From: Octopus sinensis
Lineage: Eukaryota
Length of the DNA stretch: 64,000 nucleotides
Reading direction: 5' to 3'
NCBI RefSeq assembly: GCF_006345805.1
Contig: NC_043001.1
Span: 134,230,001-134,294,000 of the forward strand
Positions 12,506 through 24,418 of this stretch are shown here, one piece after another (the stretch's first letter is position 1; every line of letters starts with the position of its first letter). The notes beneath the pieces were generated by a model. The model saw only the letters and a program-made list of their open reading frames with translations, had not been told where the DNA came from and ran no database searches. A program made the position numbers and the translations under genes.

Positions 12506-12996
12506 AGAGTTACCTCCTTGTCCACCATACCCCAGGAATGGAAGTTTTTCTGACCTCAGAAACCCATTACTCCATATTACACCATAAGTGAAAAATCTGA
12601 AGAGTGTAGTACCATCTCTGGAACATAAATGATGTATGTGCCAAGTGTGAACGAAATGGATGTAAAATATTGATTTTAAGGGGGTTCAAGTAAATGGCCT
12701 ATCACACACACACACACATCTTCTGTCATATATTATAGATCACACATTTTTCTTCATAAAAATGGGTGTGGATAAACATTGCAGCCCAATACTATATATT
12801 ATATACATACCCCTAATATTATATATTATGCATACCTTTAATGTATAATACATTTCTAATTTTAATCTTGATTTTGGTGGGAAAAAGATAGTGCATTTAA
12901 TACATGGAATTTTACAGTAGATATTGTCCATGCTATGCCAGCATGGAGCACAAACATTAGGTGATGATGATGATGATGGTGGTGGTGATGATGATG

Positions 12997-13215
12997 TTAG
13001 ATTGAACAACAACATCATTGGAGGTGCAACTCTGTTTCTTGCAGGAGATTTTTGACAAACTCTGCCTATTATACCCAAAGGAACACCTGCTGATGAACTT
13101 AATACCTGCCTTAAAAACTCTCCTTGTACAGAACATTTAGGGGACATAGTTGCTTCATCCCAAACAATGAGTTTGCACTTTTTCAAAATTGTCGCTTCGT
13201 CTAAGGATTGCATTA
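12997..13215. repeat. Rearranged local duplicate of Helitron helicase sequence (129 bp inverted + 93 bp direct)
   Basis: 12997-13125 is the reverse complement of 11983-12111; 13123-13215 is a direct copy of 12136-12228. Confidence 0.9.
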
Positions 13216-13269
13216 AATTCCTTTGGAAGGGACACAATGTAACTTTGGAAACAGGATACAAACCACTGC

Positions 13270-13410
13270 CATTCCAAACCACTAACCAGCTGCAGATCTC
13301 CTCACAAATCACACACACCAGCTGTAGCATTCATCACAAATCACACAGACCAGCTGCAGTTCTCTTCATAAATCACACACCCAGATCATACAACAGACCA
13401 GCTGTAGCTC
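13270..13410. repeat. ~33-bp degenerate tandem repeat (about 4 units)
   Basis: aaatcacacacaccagctgtagc / aaatcacacagaccagctgcag / aaatcacacacccag. Confidence 0.6.
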
Positions 13411-13611
13411 TCCCCACCACGAAATAAATCTGAAAAACAAGAGCAAATTATCTACCATGGAACTGGACAATGCTATGACAAAACAAAAATGTAGATTTCT
13501 CACAGCTGATTGTGTTTGTTAAATTACTATTTTCTTGGCAATTTGACAGGTGGAAAGGGCTTCACAACAAAGCATAACATGATGGCGATGAGAGGGGTGG
13601 GTTGTGGTGGT

Positions 13612-13616
13612 AGTAA

Positions 13617-13654
<38 letters not shown>
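13612..13654. repeat. (TAG)n microsatellite
   Basis: Direct reading. Confidence 0.95.
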
Positions 13655-13811
13655 ACTACTATATTTATAACTGTGTACCTGATTAATAATGTAGGGGCTG
13701 CTTCTTTTCAGACACTGGATGGCAAGTTTTCATTCATGTTATCTTCACTTTGAATAGAGAATTTACATGACAATGATATTGGTGTTGTGACAATGGGTTG
13801 TTGTGTAGGTA

Positions 13812-15143
13812 CATCATCATCATTTAGCGTCCGTTTTCCATGCTAGCATGGGTTGGACGGTTCAACTGGGGTCTGTGAAGCCAGAAGGCTGCATCAGGCC
13901 CAGTCTGATCTGGCAGTGTTTCTACGGCTGGATGCCCTTCCTAACGCCAACCACTCCGTGAGTGTAGTGGGTGCTTTTTACGTGACACCCGCACAGGTGC
14001 CAGACGGAGCTGGCAAACGGCCACAGACGGACGGTGCTTTTTACATGCCACCGGCACGGGGGCCAGGTGAGGCTGGCAACGGCCACGAACAGATGGTGCT
14101 TTTTACGTGCCACCGGCACGGAGGCCAGACGGGGCGGCGCTGGCAACGGCCACGATCGGATGGTTCGCTTACTTGTCACCGGCACTGATATCACAGCTGC
14201 AATTTCCATTGATGTTGATCGACTTCGATTTTGGTTCTGCTTTCTGATATCTGATTTGATTTGGTTTGATTTTGATTTTGATTTTCACTTGCCTCAACGG
14301 GTCTTCACAAGTGGAGTTTTGTGTCCCAAGAAGGAAAGGTATGTATAAGTCGACTGGCTACATACCAGGTAGAGGCCATTGGTTATGGTCTCACTAGTCT
14401 TGCAGGGTTTTCTCACGCACAGCATACTTCCATAGGTCTCGGTCTCTAGTCATTTCCTTAGTGAGACCTAAAGTTCGAAGGTCGTGTTTCACCACCTCGT
14501 CCCAGGTTTTCCTGGGTCTACTTCTTCCACAGGTTCCCTCAACTGCTGGGGTGTGGCACTTTTGCACACATCTATCTTCAGCCATTCTCGTCACATGACC
14601 ATACCAGCGCAAACGTCTCTCTTGCACACCACAACTGATGCTTCTTAGGTCCAACTTTTCTCTCAAGGTACTTACACTCTGTCGATTATGAACACTGACA
14701 TTACACATCCATCGGAGCATACTGGCTTCATTTCTTGTGAGCTTACGCATATCCTCAGCAGTCACAGCCCATGTTTCACTGCCATGTAGCATGGCTGTAC
14801 GTACACATGCATCATACAGTCTGCCTTTTACTCTGAGCGAGAGGCCTTTTGTCACCAGCAGGGGTAAGAGCTCTCTAAACTTTGCCCAGGCTATTCTTAC
14901 TCTAGCAGCTACACTTTCAGCACACCCACCCCCGCTACTGACTTGGTCACCTAGGTAGCGGAAGCTATCAACTACTTCTAGTTTTTCTCCCTGGAACGTG
15001 GTAGAAGTTGGTCTCTGCACATTTTCAGTGTTTATTGCTCCTGAGCATCTGCCACAGACAAAAGCTATTTTCCTAGTTAGCCTTCCTTTGACATTGCTGC
15101 ACCTCTTATGTGTCCATAGCTTACACTTGGTACATGTAATGTA
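13812..15143 (-). mobile_element. 5'-truncated RTE-clade LINE: open ORF2 C-terminus, ~580-bp 3' UTR with internal VNTR, (GAT)n tail
   Basis: CTKCKLWTHKRC...VCGRC, then ORF 14394-15020 with VDSFRYLGD, LHGSETW, RRLRWYGHV, GRSRPRKTW. The UTR continues through ggtggcacgtaaaaagcacc repeats to ccatgctagcatgg and (GAT)n. Confidence 0.92.
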
Positions 15144-15249
15144 AATGTGGATGTGTACAAAAGTAGGAGTGGAGGAGGATGGGGATTAGGGTTAGCTGAG
15201 CCAGGTTAAATTTCTTGTTGGGAAGGGGACATATTTGAAGTTTGACAAT

Positions 15250-15478
15250 TCAACCTTTTAGCATTCACATTATTCTATCAAATGCAATGCTTATTTATTC
15301 ACACTGTTCTGAATTAATAATGCATTTATCTCATATCTTTGAGATTTCAATGATGTGATTGAAAATTTTCAGAATGACATTGTAGGGTAGGTGTGATATA
15401 TTGGATCTGGCCAGTTTGAATGTAAAACAAGTAGAATATTTTGACCGGATATGGCCAGTTTAAATGCTAAAGGATTAA
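15250..15478 (-). mobile_element. piggyBac-like MITE family 1, diverged
   Basis: Reverse-complement match to 23306-23536; ends ctaaaggattaa. Confidence 0.7.
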
Positions 15479-15572
15479 GATGTTTTAGACACAGGCAAGG
15501 GGAAAAGATTGCTTCTCTTTCATTAGATATACTCACTGGTAGAGTTAATATTTTCAGCTTCCCTCGTAAAGA

Positions 15573-15850
15573 TCCCCTTCAGTCATAATGACCATGAGAT
15601 TGCACCAAGAAAGTTACCCCCCAAGGTACAAGTCCGAGCAAGGTTGTTTATGGAAGACCAGCAGTCGCCCATGCATACCAGCCTCCTCTCTCCACGCCAC
15701 CAGTGTTATCCAAGGGAAAGGCAAAGGCTGATACAGCTTGGCACCAATAATGACATTGCAACTCATTTCTACAGCCTAGTCTGAGAATTGAAATCACTAT
15801 TTCATGATTGTGAGTCCAATGCTCTAACCACTGAGCCATGCACCCTCACA
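15573..15850 (-). mobile_element. tRNA/CORE-like SINE family D
   Basis: Homologous to 19118-19435; tRNA-like head ctcagtggttagagc...gatttcaattc on the minus strand. Confidence 0.7.
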
Positions 15851-16136
15851 CACACAGATACATAAACATATATGACAGGCTTCTTTCAGTTTCCATCTAC
15901 AAAATCAATTCACAAGGCTTTGGTTGGCTCACGACTGTAGCAGAAGACACTTGCCTAAGGTGCTGTGCAGTGGGACTGAACTCACAACCTCATGACTGGG
16001 AAGCAAGCTTCTCAACCACACAGTCACAACAGTGCCTATACATATATGACTGAGGGTGTTGTGAATACCTACTTTGCTAGAAATAAGAGCTAAACACTCT
16101 AATGCTGCAGTCAAAGCACATTATTGTATGCATATA

Positions 16137-16523
16137 GGAGGGAAGCACTCCGTCGGTTACGACGACGAGGGTTCCGGTTGATCCGATCAACGGAACAGCC
16201 TGCTCCTGAAATTAACGTGTAAGTGGCTGAGCACTCCACAGACACGTGTACCCTTAACGTAGTTCTCGAGGAGATTCAGCGTGACACAGAGAGTGACAAG
16301 GCCGGCCCTTTGAAATACAGGCACAATAGAAACAGGAAGTAAGAGTGAGAGAAAGTCGAGGTGAAAAAGTACAGCAGGGATCACCACCATCCCCTGCTGG
16401 AGCCTCATGGAGCTTTAGGTGTTTTCGCTCAATAAACACTCACAACGCCCGGTCTGGGAATCGAAACCGCGATCCTATGACCACGAGTCTGCTGCCCTAA
16501 CCACTGGGCCATTGCGCTTCCAC
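16137..16523 (-). mobile_element. tRNA-derived SINE family B, tail type ii
   Basis: Head gtggaagcgcaatggcccagtggttagggcagc...gtttcgattcccagaccgggcg; 3' end ...cgtcgtcgtaaccgacggagtgcttccc. Confidence 0.85.
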
Positions 16524-16760
16524 AATTGTATTACATATATACTGACAGGGACTGTAATAGCCCCTTCAGTGGGATCAGTTGATCTCACTGTCAGCAGGCT
16601 GACCCCACTGAAGGGGTAAAAACCAAAACTGAGCGACCAATCAGGGAATATCTTGACCGCTGTTTTTCTAGCTATTACAGTCCTTGTCAGCATCAGCATG
16701 TATGTATACAATTATGTGCTTTGATTGCAGCATTAGAGTGTTTAGCTCTTATTTCTAGTA

Positions 16761-17187
16761 ATGTCGGTGGCACGTAAAAAGCACCATCCGCTTCGGCCAC
16801 GATTCGGATGGTGCTTTTTACGTGCCACCGACATGCCAGCGCCGCCTCGACTGGCTTCTGTGTCGGTGGCACGTAAAAAGCACCATCCAAATCGTGGCCG
16901 AAGCCAGTGCCGACTGGCTTCCGTGCAGGTGGCACGCAAAATGCACCAATCCGACCGTGGCCGATTCCAGCCTCGCCTGGCTCCAGTGCAGGTGGCACGT
17001 AAAAAGCACCCACTACACTCACGGAGTGGTTGGCGTTAGGAAGGGCATCCAGCTGTAGAAACACTGCCAGATAAGACCGGAGCCTGGTGCAGCCTTCTGG
17101 CTTCCCAGATACCCGGTCGAACCATCCAACCCATGCTAGCATGGAGAACGGACGTTAAACGATGATGATTATGATGATGATGATGAT
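16761..17187 (+). mobile_element. RTE 3'-UTR copy with an inverted unit at its 5' end
   Basis: VNTR units, then cccactacactcacggagtggttggcgttaggaagggcatcc and a (GAT)n tail; 16761-16790 and 16805-16834 are perfect reverse complements. Confidence 0.88.
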
Positions 17188-17288
17188 GTAGGTGTTCATA
17201 ACACCCTCAGTCATATTAAATAACAGTTATAATTCTCCTTGTTGGTACACATTTGCTTACTGCTGCCTATATATATATATATATATCA

Positions 17289-17668
17289 TTCTTTTATTTG
17301 CTTCAGTCATTTGACTGTGACCATGCTGGAGCACCTCTTTTAGTCAAGTAAATCAACCCCAGGACTTATTCTTTGTAAGCCTAGTACTTATTTTATCGGT
17401 CTCTCTTGCTGAACCGCTAAGTGACGGGGGACGTAAACATACCAACATCAGTTGTCAAGCGATGTTAGGGGGACAAACACAGACACACAAACATATACAT
17501 ACGTATATATATACGACGGGCTTCTTTCAGTTTTTGTCTACCAAATCCACTCACAAGGGTTTGGTTGGCCCGAGGCTATAGTAGAAGACACTTGCCCAAG
17601 ATGCCACGCAGTAGGACTGAACCTGGAACCATGTGGTTGGTAAGCAAGCAACTTACCACACAGCCATT
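17289..17668 (-). mobile_element. CORE-like SINE family C
   Basis: Reverse complement of 21355-21742. Confidence 0.9.
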
Positions 17669-17688
17669 ATATATATATATATATGTAT

Positions 17689-17983
17689 GTGGAGACGCAA
17701 TGACCTAGTGGTTAGGGCAGTGGACTCGCGGTCGTAGGATCGCAGTTTCGATTCCCAGACTGGGCGTTGTGTGTGTTTATTGAGCGAAAACACCTAAAAG
17801 CTCCACGAGGCTCCGGCAGGGGGTGGTGATCCCTGCTGTACTCTTTCACCACTCTTTCGTCTGTTGGCCTGCTCGCTTAGCCAGCGGGGTGGCGTCACTC
17901 GAAGGCTAAAACAATGCAAACGCATTGTGACCAGTGATGTGTAACAACATCTGATGGTCTGGTCGGTCACGTGATCACGTGAT
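17689..17983 (+). mobile_element. SINE family B, tail type i (ends gtcacgtgatcacgtga)
   Basis: tRNA-like A/B boxes tggttagggcag / gtttcgattcc; sits in a (TA)n tract. Confidence 0.9.
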
Positions 17984-19117
17984 ATATATATATGGGGGAG
18001 TATATTTGTGTGTATGTACTTATATATATATATACACACAATCAGTGTTTTAAGAACATTTCCCTGTTAAAGCAGGGAAAAGGTTTTTTTAAATTCCAAA
18101 TCTTCTCCATTTGGCTTAATCCTTCACACTTCCTCACACTAATCCTCTAATCCGCATTTCCTCTTCTATCATCTTTAGTCATATCTTTCTCTTCTTCCTT
18201 CTACTTTCATTTTCATCACTCCTCTCACTGTTACTTTCATCTTTCTTCAATGCCTGGCTCAACCAACCAACCTCCCTTAATAACATCCATCACTGGCTCA
18301 ATTTCTATCATCTCTGCAATTCACTGTCTTCCCCACTCTCAGCAAACCATTCCACTCATCCACCAAACCATTCCCATTTGTTCTGCCCTGGTTGCAAAGA
18401 TGTTCCCTTACCACTCTCAATCTATAACCAACAACACTATTGTTCATCAACTGTGATATAATAGATAAATAATTAAATAAATATTTCAGCTATAAATGAT
18501 AATGAATATGAATCAAAGCTGATAATGAGAAATCAACATGTATGACAAAGTTGATAATGAGAAATCAATGTGCGTAATTGAACCATTCGATATTGATAAT
18601 AGTAAAAGTAGAGTTCCTAGAAAGAGAAACAGAGGAATGAAGATATTACTCTATTTGTTATTTATGTTAGAAACAAAGCATCTCTCTGTCTACTTTCCAC
18701 ACATAGAGAGCAATGTACTATATGTGCCAGTGTATAAGCCAACTGGATACATAGGATGACCCTAGAATTTCCTTTTAAAATGTAGGCTTTGAGCTATTCA
18801 AGCTATATAAGACTATCTGGCAATATTTCACCCTTGATGCAGTGGCTGAGAGGTTCTTGAAGTATGTTCTCATATACATTTATAACTGAATTATCATAGG
18901 GATCAACCTCCACTAGTTCCCCAAATATATTTGTTTCAGAAGAAAATATTTAGTGGAAGGACTGTAGGAGCTATGCCAGCATTTTACACTGTTCTCCATC
19001 ATGCATCACTGCTAACACTCTAAACCACATGTTATGATTCAGATTTTAAACTGGTTTTGGGGGTGACTTTTTTAAGGTTAAAATTCCATCATATATACAC
19101 CAACATATAGAGAGTAA

Positions 19118-19435
19118 AAATCCCACTTCAGTCATGAATAACCATGGGATTGCACCTAGAAAGTTTCTCTCCAAGGCATGTCCGGGTAAGCAGTCACCCA
19201 TGCATACCAGCCTCCTGCCTCCATGCTGCCAATGTTATCCAAGAGAAAGGCAAAGGGGCCAATACAGCTTGGCACCAGTGACATTGCAACTCATTTCTAC
19301 AGATGAGTGAACTGGAGCAATGTGAAATAAAATATCTTGCACAAGAACACAACACACAGCCTGGTCCAGGAATTGAACTCACTATCTCATGATTGTGAGC
19401 CCAATGCTCTAACCACTGAGTCATGCACCTTCACA
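19118..19435 (-). mobile_element. tRNA/CORE-like SINE family D
   Basis: Minus strand: gtgaaggtgcatgactcagtggttagagc...gagttcaattcc...cttgtgcaagatattttatttcac. Confidence 0.75.
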
Positions 19436-19682
19436 TCATATACAGTATATAAAAAAATATGTAAGATGCATGAAGCTACAGAGGGATATAACCTCTGGAT
19501 GAAGTCCTGAAAACCTAGAGAAACAGGAACTTTCTGCTGGATAAACAATATTAACATGTGTAGAAGATGGAACTCACTTGGGCTGAGGAAGCAACTGGGT
19601 ATTAAAGGTATTTGCAGGACGGGTCAGTCTACTGATATGGCTATTTATTGAGAATAAATGACACTGGTCAGGGGAAATGGCA

Positions 19683-20000
19683 TAATAATAATAATAATAA
19701 TAATTGTGTACAGTGCTCAGGTGCACTACAACTCATCTAAAGTGTATATATAATCAGGTGTAGTTTTGGCGGATTTCGGAAAGCATGAGGGCCTTAAAGG
19801 ATGCAGTGTCATGGCAGTCAACAACTGACGCAGGCAGTTTATTCCATGCTTCAGCAACTCTGAGCGTGAAAAAATGTTTCCGAAAGTCATGGGAGCTGTG
19901 TTGTTTTCTGACTTTGTAGGCATGTCCACGTGTGTTAGACACATGGAGATCAAAAAGGTGTTCAGTGTTGTTGTTGGTGAGGTGGTTGTGATAGAATGTA
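19683..20000 (-). mobile_element. CR1-group LINE 3' end with (ATT)n tail
   Basis: ORF 19754-20029 is nearly identical to 2134-2391. Confidence 0.85.
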
Positions 20001-20176
20001 TCCAAGATAGAAATAGACAAAGAAGACATGGGAAGATATGGTGAGATTAGATTTAATTATGTTGAGTTTTATATGGTCCCAGCCAGGCCAAGTTGATACA
20101 ATGACAGAAAAACTGACAAAAGTGTCATGCTGTGTCTATGATGAATACAGTTATTGTTAGTTCAATTCACTGATGT

Positions 20177-20490
20177 CACCGTGACCGTGACCGTGACCAA
20201 CCAGGCTATCAGATGTTGTTACACATCGCTGGTCACAATGCGCTTCGCATTGTTTTAGCCTTTAAATGACGCCACCCCGCTGGCTAAGCGAGCAGGCCAA
20301 AAGAAGAAAGAGTGAGAGAAAGTTGTGGCGAAAGAGTACACCAGGGATCGCCACCATCCCCTGCCGGAGCCTCGTGGAGCTTTAGGTGTTTTCGCTCAAT
20401 AAACACTCACAACGCCCGGTCTGGGAATCGAAACTGCGATCCTACGACCGCAAGTCCACTGCCTTAACCACTGGGCTATTGCGCCTCCAC
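20177..20490 (-). mobile_element. SINE family B, tail type i, full length with TSD
   Basis: 11-bp TSD ttcactgatgt at 20166-20176 and 20491-20501; (GTCACG)n tail. Confidence 0.92.
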
Positions 20491-21354
20491 TTCACTGATG
20501 TAGGCAGTGAAAATGAACACATCTTTTATCTTTCACTTGGGGAACCACCTTGAAGGGTTTAGTCAAACAAATCAACTCCATTATTTATTCTTGTAAAGTC
20601 TGGCACTTAATCTATCAGTCTCTTTTGATGAACTGCTAAGTTACAGGGACATAAACAAACACATACACAACATACATGTATATAACAGGCTTTTTTTCAG
20701 TTTCTATCAACTAAATCCATTCACAAGGCTTTGGTCAGTCCATGGCTAAATGTTTAATTAAATTGCAGACCAAGATCATAACAGAAGAATTTTCTATGTG
20801 ACCTTGTTTAATTATTCCTATAGCCTCTACATCACAGTGAAGTTGCTTTTTTCTTTATCTTACTGAACAGAAAATTTTTTAAAATCTAATTAAATGACAA
20901 TTCTTATGCTATGACCTGGATAGGTGGAGGTTGCCAACCCCGTTACAGAATGAGAGATAACTCTGCTCAGGTTTCTGCATTGTTAAACTCCACAGTGAAA
21001 TATAAAGTTTATAGCATAGATGCCAGAATCACTATATTGGTGTAAAATGTACAAAGAGTATGTGTCAACATTACCAAAATGATTGACACAAATCAACATA
21101 TTACTCATTAAGTTTTAATGTTTTATTCTCATTGCACCACAAGCATAATTAATTGATCGATTTTATTAACTTCTCTACAGTACTAAGATGACTAACTCGA
21201 CTATTATTACATTCCCCAACATTAATGACGATCTTAAGTTGATTGTTATTACATCCTCATCACTAATAATGATGATAAATTTAACTGTTATTTTCCACAA
21301 AATAGTGTCTCATGGTAATGTTTCCTCAATCACACTTTAATATAAAATAAATTA

Positions 21355-21742
21355 GCAGGAGTGGCTGCGTGGTAAGTAGCTTGCTAATCAACCACATGGT
21401 TCCGGGTTCAGTCCCACTGCGTGGCACCTTGGGCAAGTGTCTTCTACTATAGCCTCGGGCCGACCAATGCCTTGTGAGTGGATTTGGTAGACGGAAACTG
21501 AAAGAAGCCCGTCGTATATATGTATATATATATGCGTGTGTGTGTTTGTGTGTTTGTCCCCCTAGCATTGCTTGACAACCGATGCTGGTGTGTTTATGTC
21601 CCCGTTACTTAACGGTTCGGCAAAAGAGACCGATAGAATAAGCACTGGGCTTACAAAAGAATAAGTCCCGGGGTCGAGTTGCTCGGTTAAAGGCGGTGCT
21701 CCAGCATGGCCGCAGTCAAATGACTGAAACAAGTAAAAGAGT
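21355..21742 (+). mobile_element. CORE-like tRNA-derived SINE family C, full length
   Basis: Head ggagtggctgcgtggtaag...ggttcagtccc, CORE-like ccttgggcaagtgtctt, internal TA/TG microsatellite, tail ggcggtgctccagcatggccgcagtcaaatgactgaaac. Confidence 0.9.
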
Positions 21743-23305
21743 AAATAAATAAACCATTTCATAATTGGATGACAGTCAAAAATAGTGAAGTCAGAAGAGA
21801 TAAACAAGAAAGACAACAAAAGTCCAATATTAATAACAATAACAATGTTTATTTACTTGTCAGCTTAATTTAGTATGGAAAAGCTAACCTTCCACACTTA
21901 AACTAAATATTACATAGTCATTTAAATATTTCTAATGAAATTTACAATAAAAAGGCAATTGACGGTGATAGTGATTAACCTAATTAGTATTAATTAAGTT
22001 ATGACTGCCTGTACAATACCATAACTAATACGGAGCAGAAGGTAATAAATAAATAACAGGGAAACTAGTGGAAAAAACTACCCATTATTGACTGCAACTA
22101 GTTGGTAAAAGTGTTCAAATAATAAACTTGTACTACTGCAACAAACATGTAATTATAGATATTAATTAGGGATGATATTACTAGTAATTACACATGATGT
22201 TACTAATAATTAGTTATAAATACCAGTGATATTTTAAATTATTGATATCAGTTTTATTATTATTATTATAGTTAACTAATGAGATGATATTACTACTGTA
22301 AATACCAGTGATAGTTTAAACTAAATGATAGATGTTTTATTTTATAATTAACTAATAAGACAGCTGTAATTACTAAATGATAATGACAATAACAATAATC
22401 ATTATTACATGTTAGAACATCTCTTCTGAGTGGACACAAGTTTGAAGGAGAGTGAGTGTTATTATTGAATTGGTCTAATTATATAACTGGTACTTAATTT
22501 ATAAGTTTCTTATGCATACTATAGAATGATGGAAATAAAAAAATTATGAAGGTGGAATTTGAGCTCAAAATCCTTTCTACTGTACAAGTACAAGACTTGA
22601 AATTTTGTGGGAGAAGGCTAGTCAATCACATTGACCTCATAGCTCAACTGCTAGCAACTAAGAGTTAAAAGATCAGCCCCTTGAAACCTAAATGCAAGAA
22701 CAGAGAGAGAGATGTGTTATTCCTTCCTAGTCATGGAGAAAGTAACAGTTCTCTTAAGAGTGCAGACACTGGAACCGTTTATAATAGCCACCATTCCTTG
22801 GTATTGTACTTCCTCCATTCAAGCACTCCTGACCCACTTATCTCTAGAAACCTACCTAAGGCCTGCACTAACCACTATGCTTAATCCTTCTTCTCCAGGA
22901 CATCAGTCCTCTGGAGTCTCCCCTTTGATCATGTTTTCCCTGTAGCTTAATCTCACAATTCTTGGAGGGCCAGCAAAAGCTATAAGCACTGTTCCTTTCT
23001 CTAGACCCACAAAGTGAAAACAAAATGCCAAGTTATCTTTTATGTTAGAAGCCATAGCCAAATTAATAGATTATCAAACAGTCAATAACTTGTATTTTGT
23101 CACAATCATTGAACTGTGTCTGTGGCCAATAGACTTACTTTTTTAATGTTAATTTTGTCACACCTAATTGATTGGCTACCTGTGCATTTAGAGCTAACAT
23201 GAGGCTATACAGCTACAACTTGTAAATACCAAGACCCACTGAGCTATCAATACATACCAGAGTGAAACACAGCTTACTCTTTCCACAAGTGTCATTAGAA
23301 GCAGA

Positions 23306-23536
23306 TTAACCCTTTAGCATTTAAACCGGCCGTTTCCGGCCAAAAGTATTCTGCCTGTTTTATGTTCAAACTGGCCAGATCTAGTCTCTCACACCAACCC
23401 TACAATACCATTTTAAAAATTAACAGCTACCTCATCAAAATCTCATAGCTACAAGATTAATGCCTGATTAGTTCAAAACAAAGGATGAAAAAGAAGCTTG
23501 AATTTTGGCAGAATAATACGAACACTAAAGGGTTAA
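23306..23536 (+). mobile_element. piggyBac-like MITE family 1
   Basis: TTAA|CCCTTTAG...CTAAAGGG|TTAA termini. Confidence 0.85.
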
Positions 23537-24189
23537 ACTTCTTCAAGCAGACATGTCCATAGACAGACCACATGTAATCTAAGTCTTCCATATGGAAACC
23601 CTACCACCTAATGGATTATGGAATTCACACAGCTTTTAGGTTATAAATAGGGGTGGGTGGGAAATGGTGGAGTGGAGAGTTAAATTTAATGGAATTAGTT
23701 ATGATGCTGAGCAGACATAAAAATAAATCTGCTAAATGCTATTGTCGTTAATGAATATAATTTCTCAGTTATTTATAAAAAAGGATTATTTTAGGCGATT
23801 CTTAAACCTAGCAGGTTCACAATAATATTCAATCAAAGTGAATATCACTAAAAAGTTTCAGTAAATTTCCTAAACATTAAAAACAATTCTTTTAAATATT
23901 TTTAAATCAAAAGCACATTGGAGTTGCAAATAGCAGCAGACCATTCTCAAAAAATATTTTGACATCAGCAGTAACTTTTTGTTTTATTAAAAAATAAATA
24001 ACTCAGATGGCAGGGTCTGATATATGCAATATGGTGAGTCAGAACTTATAGTTTGAAGACTATGTAACAAAAAAAAAAAAAATAACAAACATATGAAATC
24101 AATAAAATGGTTCAAGCTTAAAAAGATGATAATAATAAGGATCAGTAAATCCCAAACATTTTCAGTCCAGTCTCCTTGGTTTTATACCT

Positions 24190-24418
24190 ATTTCTTTATT
24201 ACCCACAAGGGGCTAAACACAGAGGGGACAAACAAGGACAGACATAGGTATTAAGTCGATTACATCGACCCCAGTGTGTAACTGGTACTTAATTTATCGA
24301 CCCCAAAAGGATGAAAGGCAAAGTCGACCTTGGCGGAATTTGAACTCACAACGTAACGCAGACGAAATACCGCTAAGCATTTCGCCCAGCGTGCTACCGA
24401 TTCTGCCAGCTCGCCGCC
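24190..24418 (-). mobile_element. SINE family A, full length with TSD
   Basis: 14-bp TSD ttggttttatacct at 24176-24189 and 24425-24438. Confidence 0.92.

Larger units (their letters stand above)
16047..17213. mobile_element. Tc1/mariner-type foldback MITE (TA TSD) carrying a nested SINE and a nested RTE tail
   Basis: TA|TGACTGAGGGTGTT...AACACCCTCAGTCA|TA. Long arms: 16075-16136 vs 16700-16760 (reverse complement, ~4 mismatches) and 16543-16561 vs 16670-16688. Confidence 0.8.

Noticed and set aside
12740-13330. 196-aa ORF containing helicase motif II (DEATM)
   Set aside because: A chimera made by the inverted/direct duplication; it switches into antisense helicase sequence and a GAT tract.
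13960-14180. CRISPR-like pattern: ~20-bp conserved repeat with ~42-bp spacers (also at 16.8, 44.9 and 52 kb)
   Set aside because: The spacers are homologous to each other, the array is inside a LINE 3' UTR, the DNA is eukaryotic and there are no cas genes.
17689-17765. tRNA genes at SINE heads (families A-D)
   Set aside because: Only A/B-box-like remnants; they do not fold into a full cloverleaf and continue into SINE bodies with TSDs.
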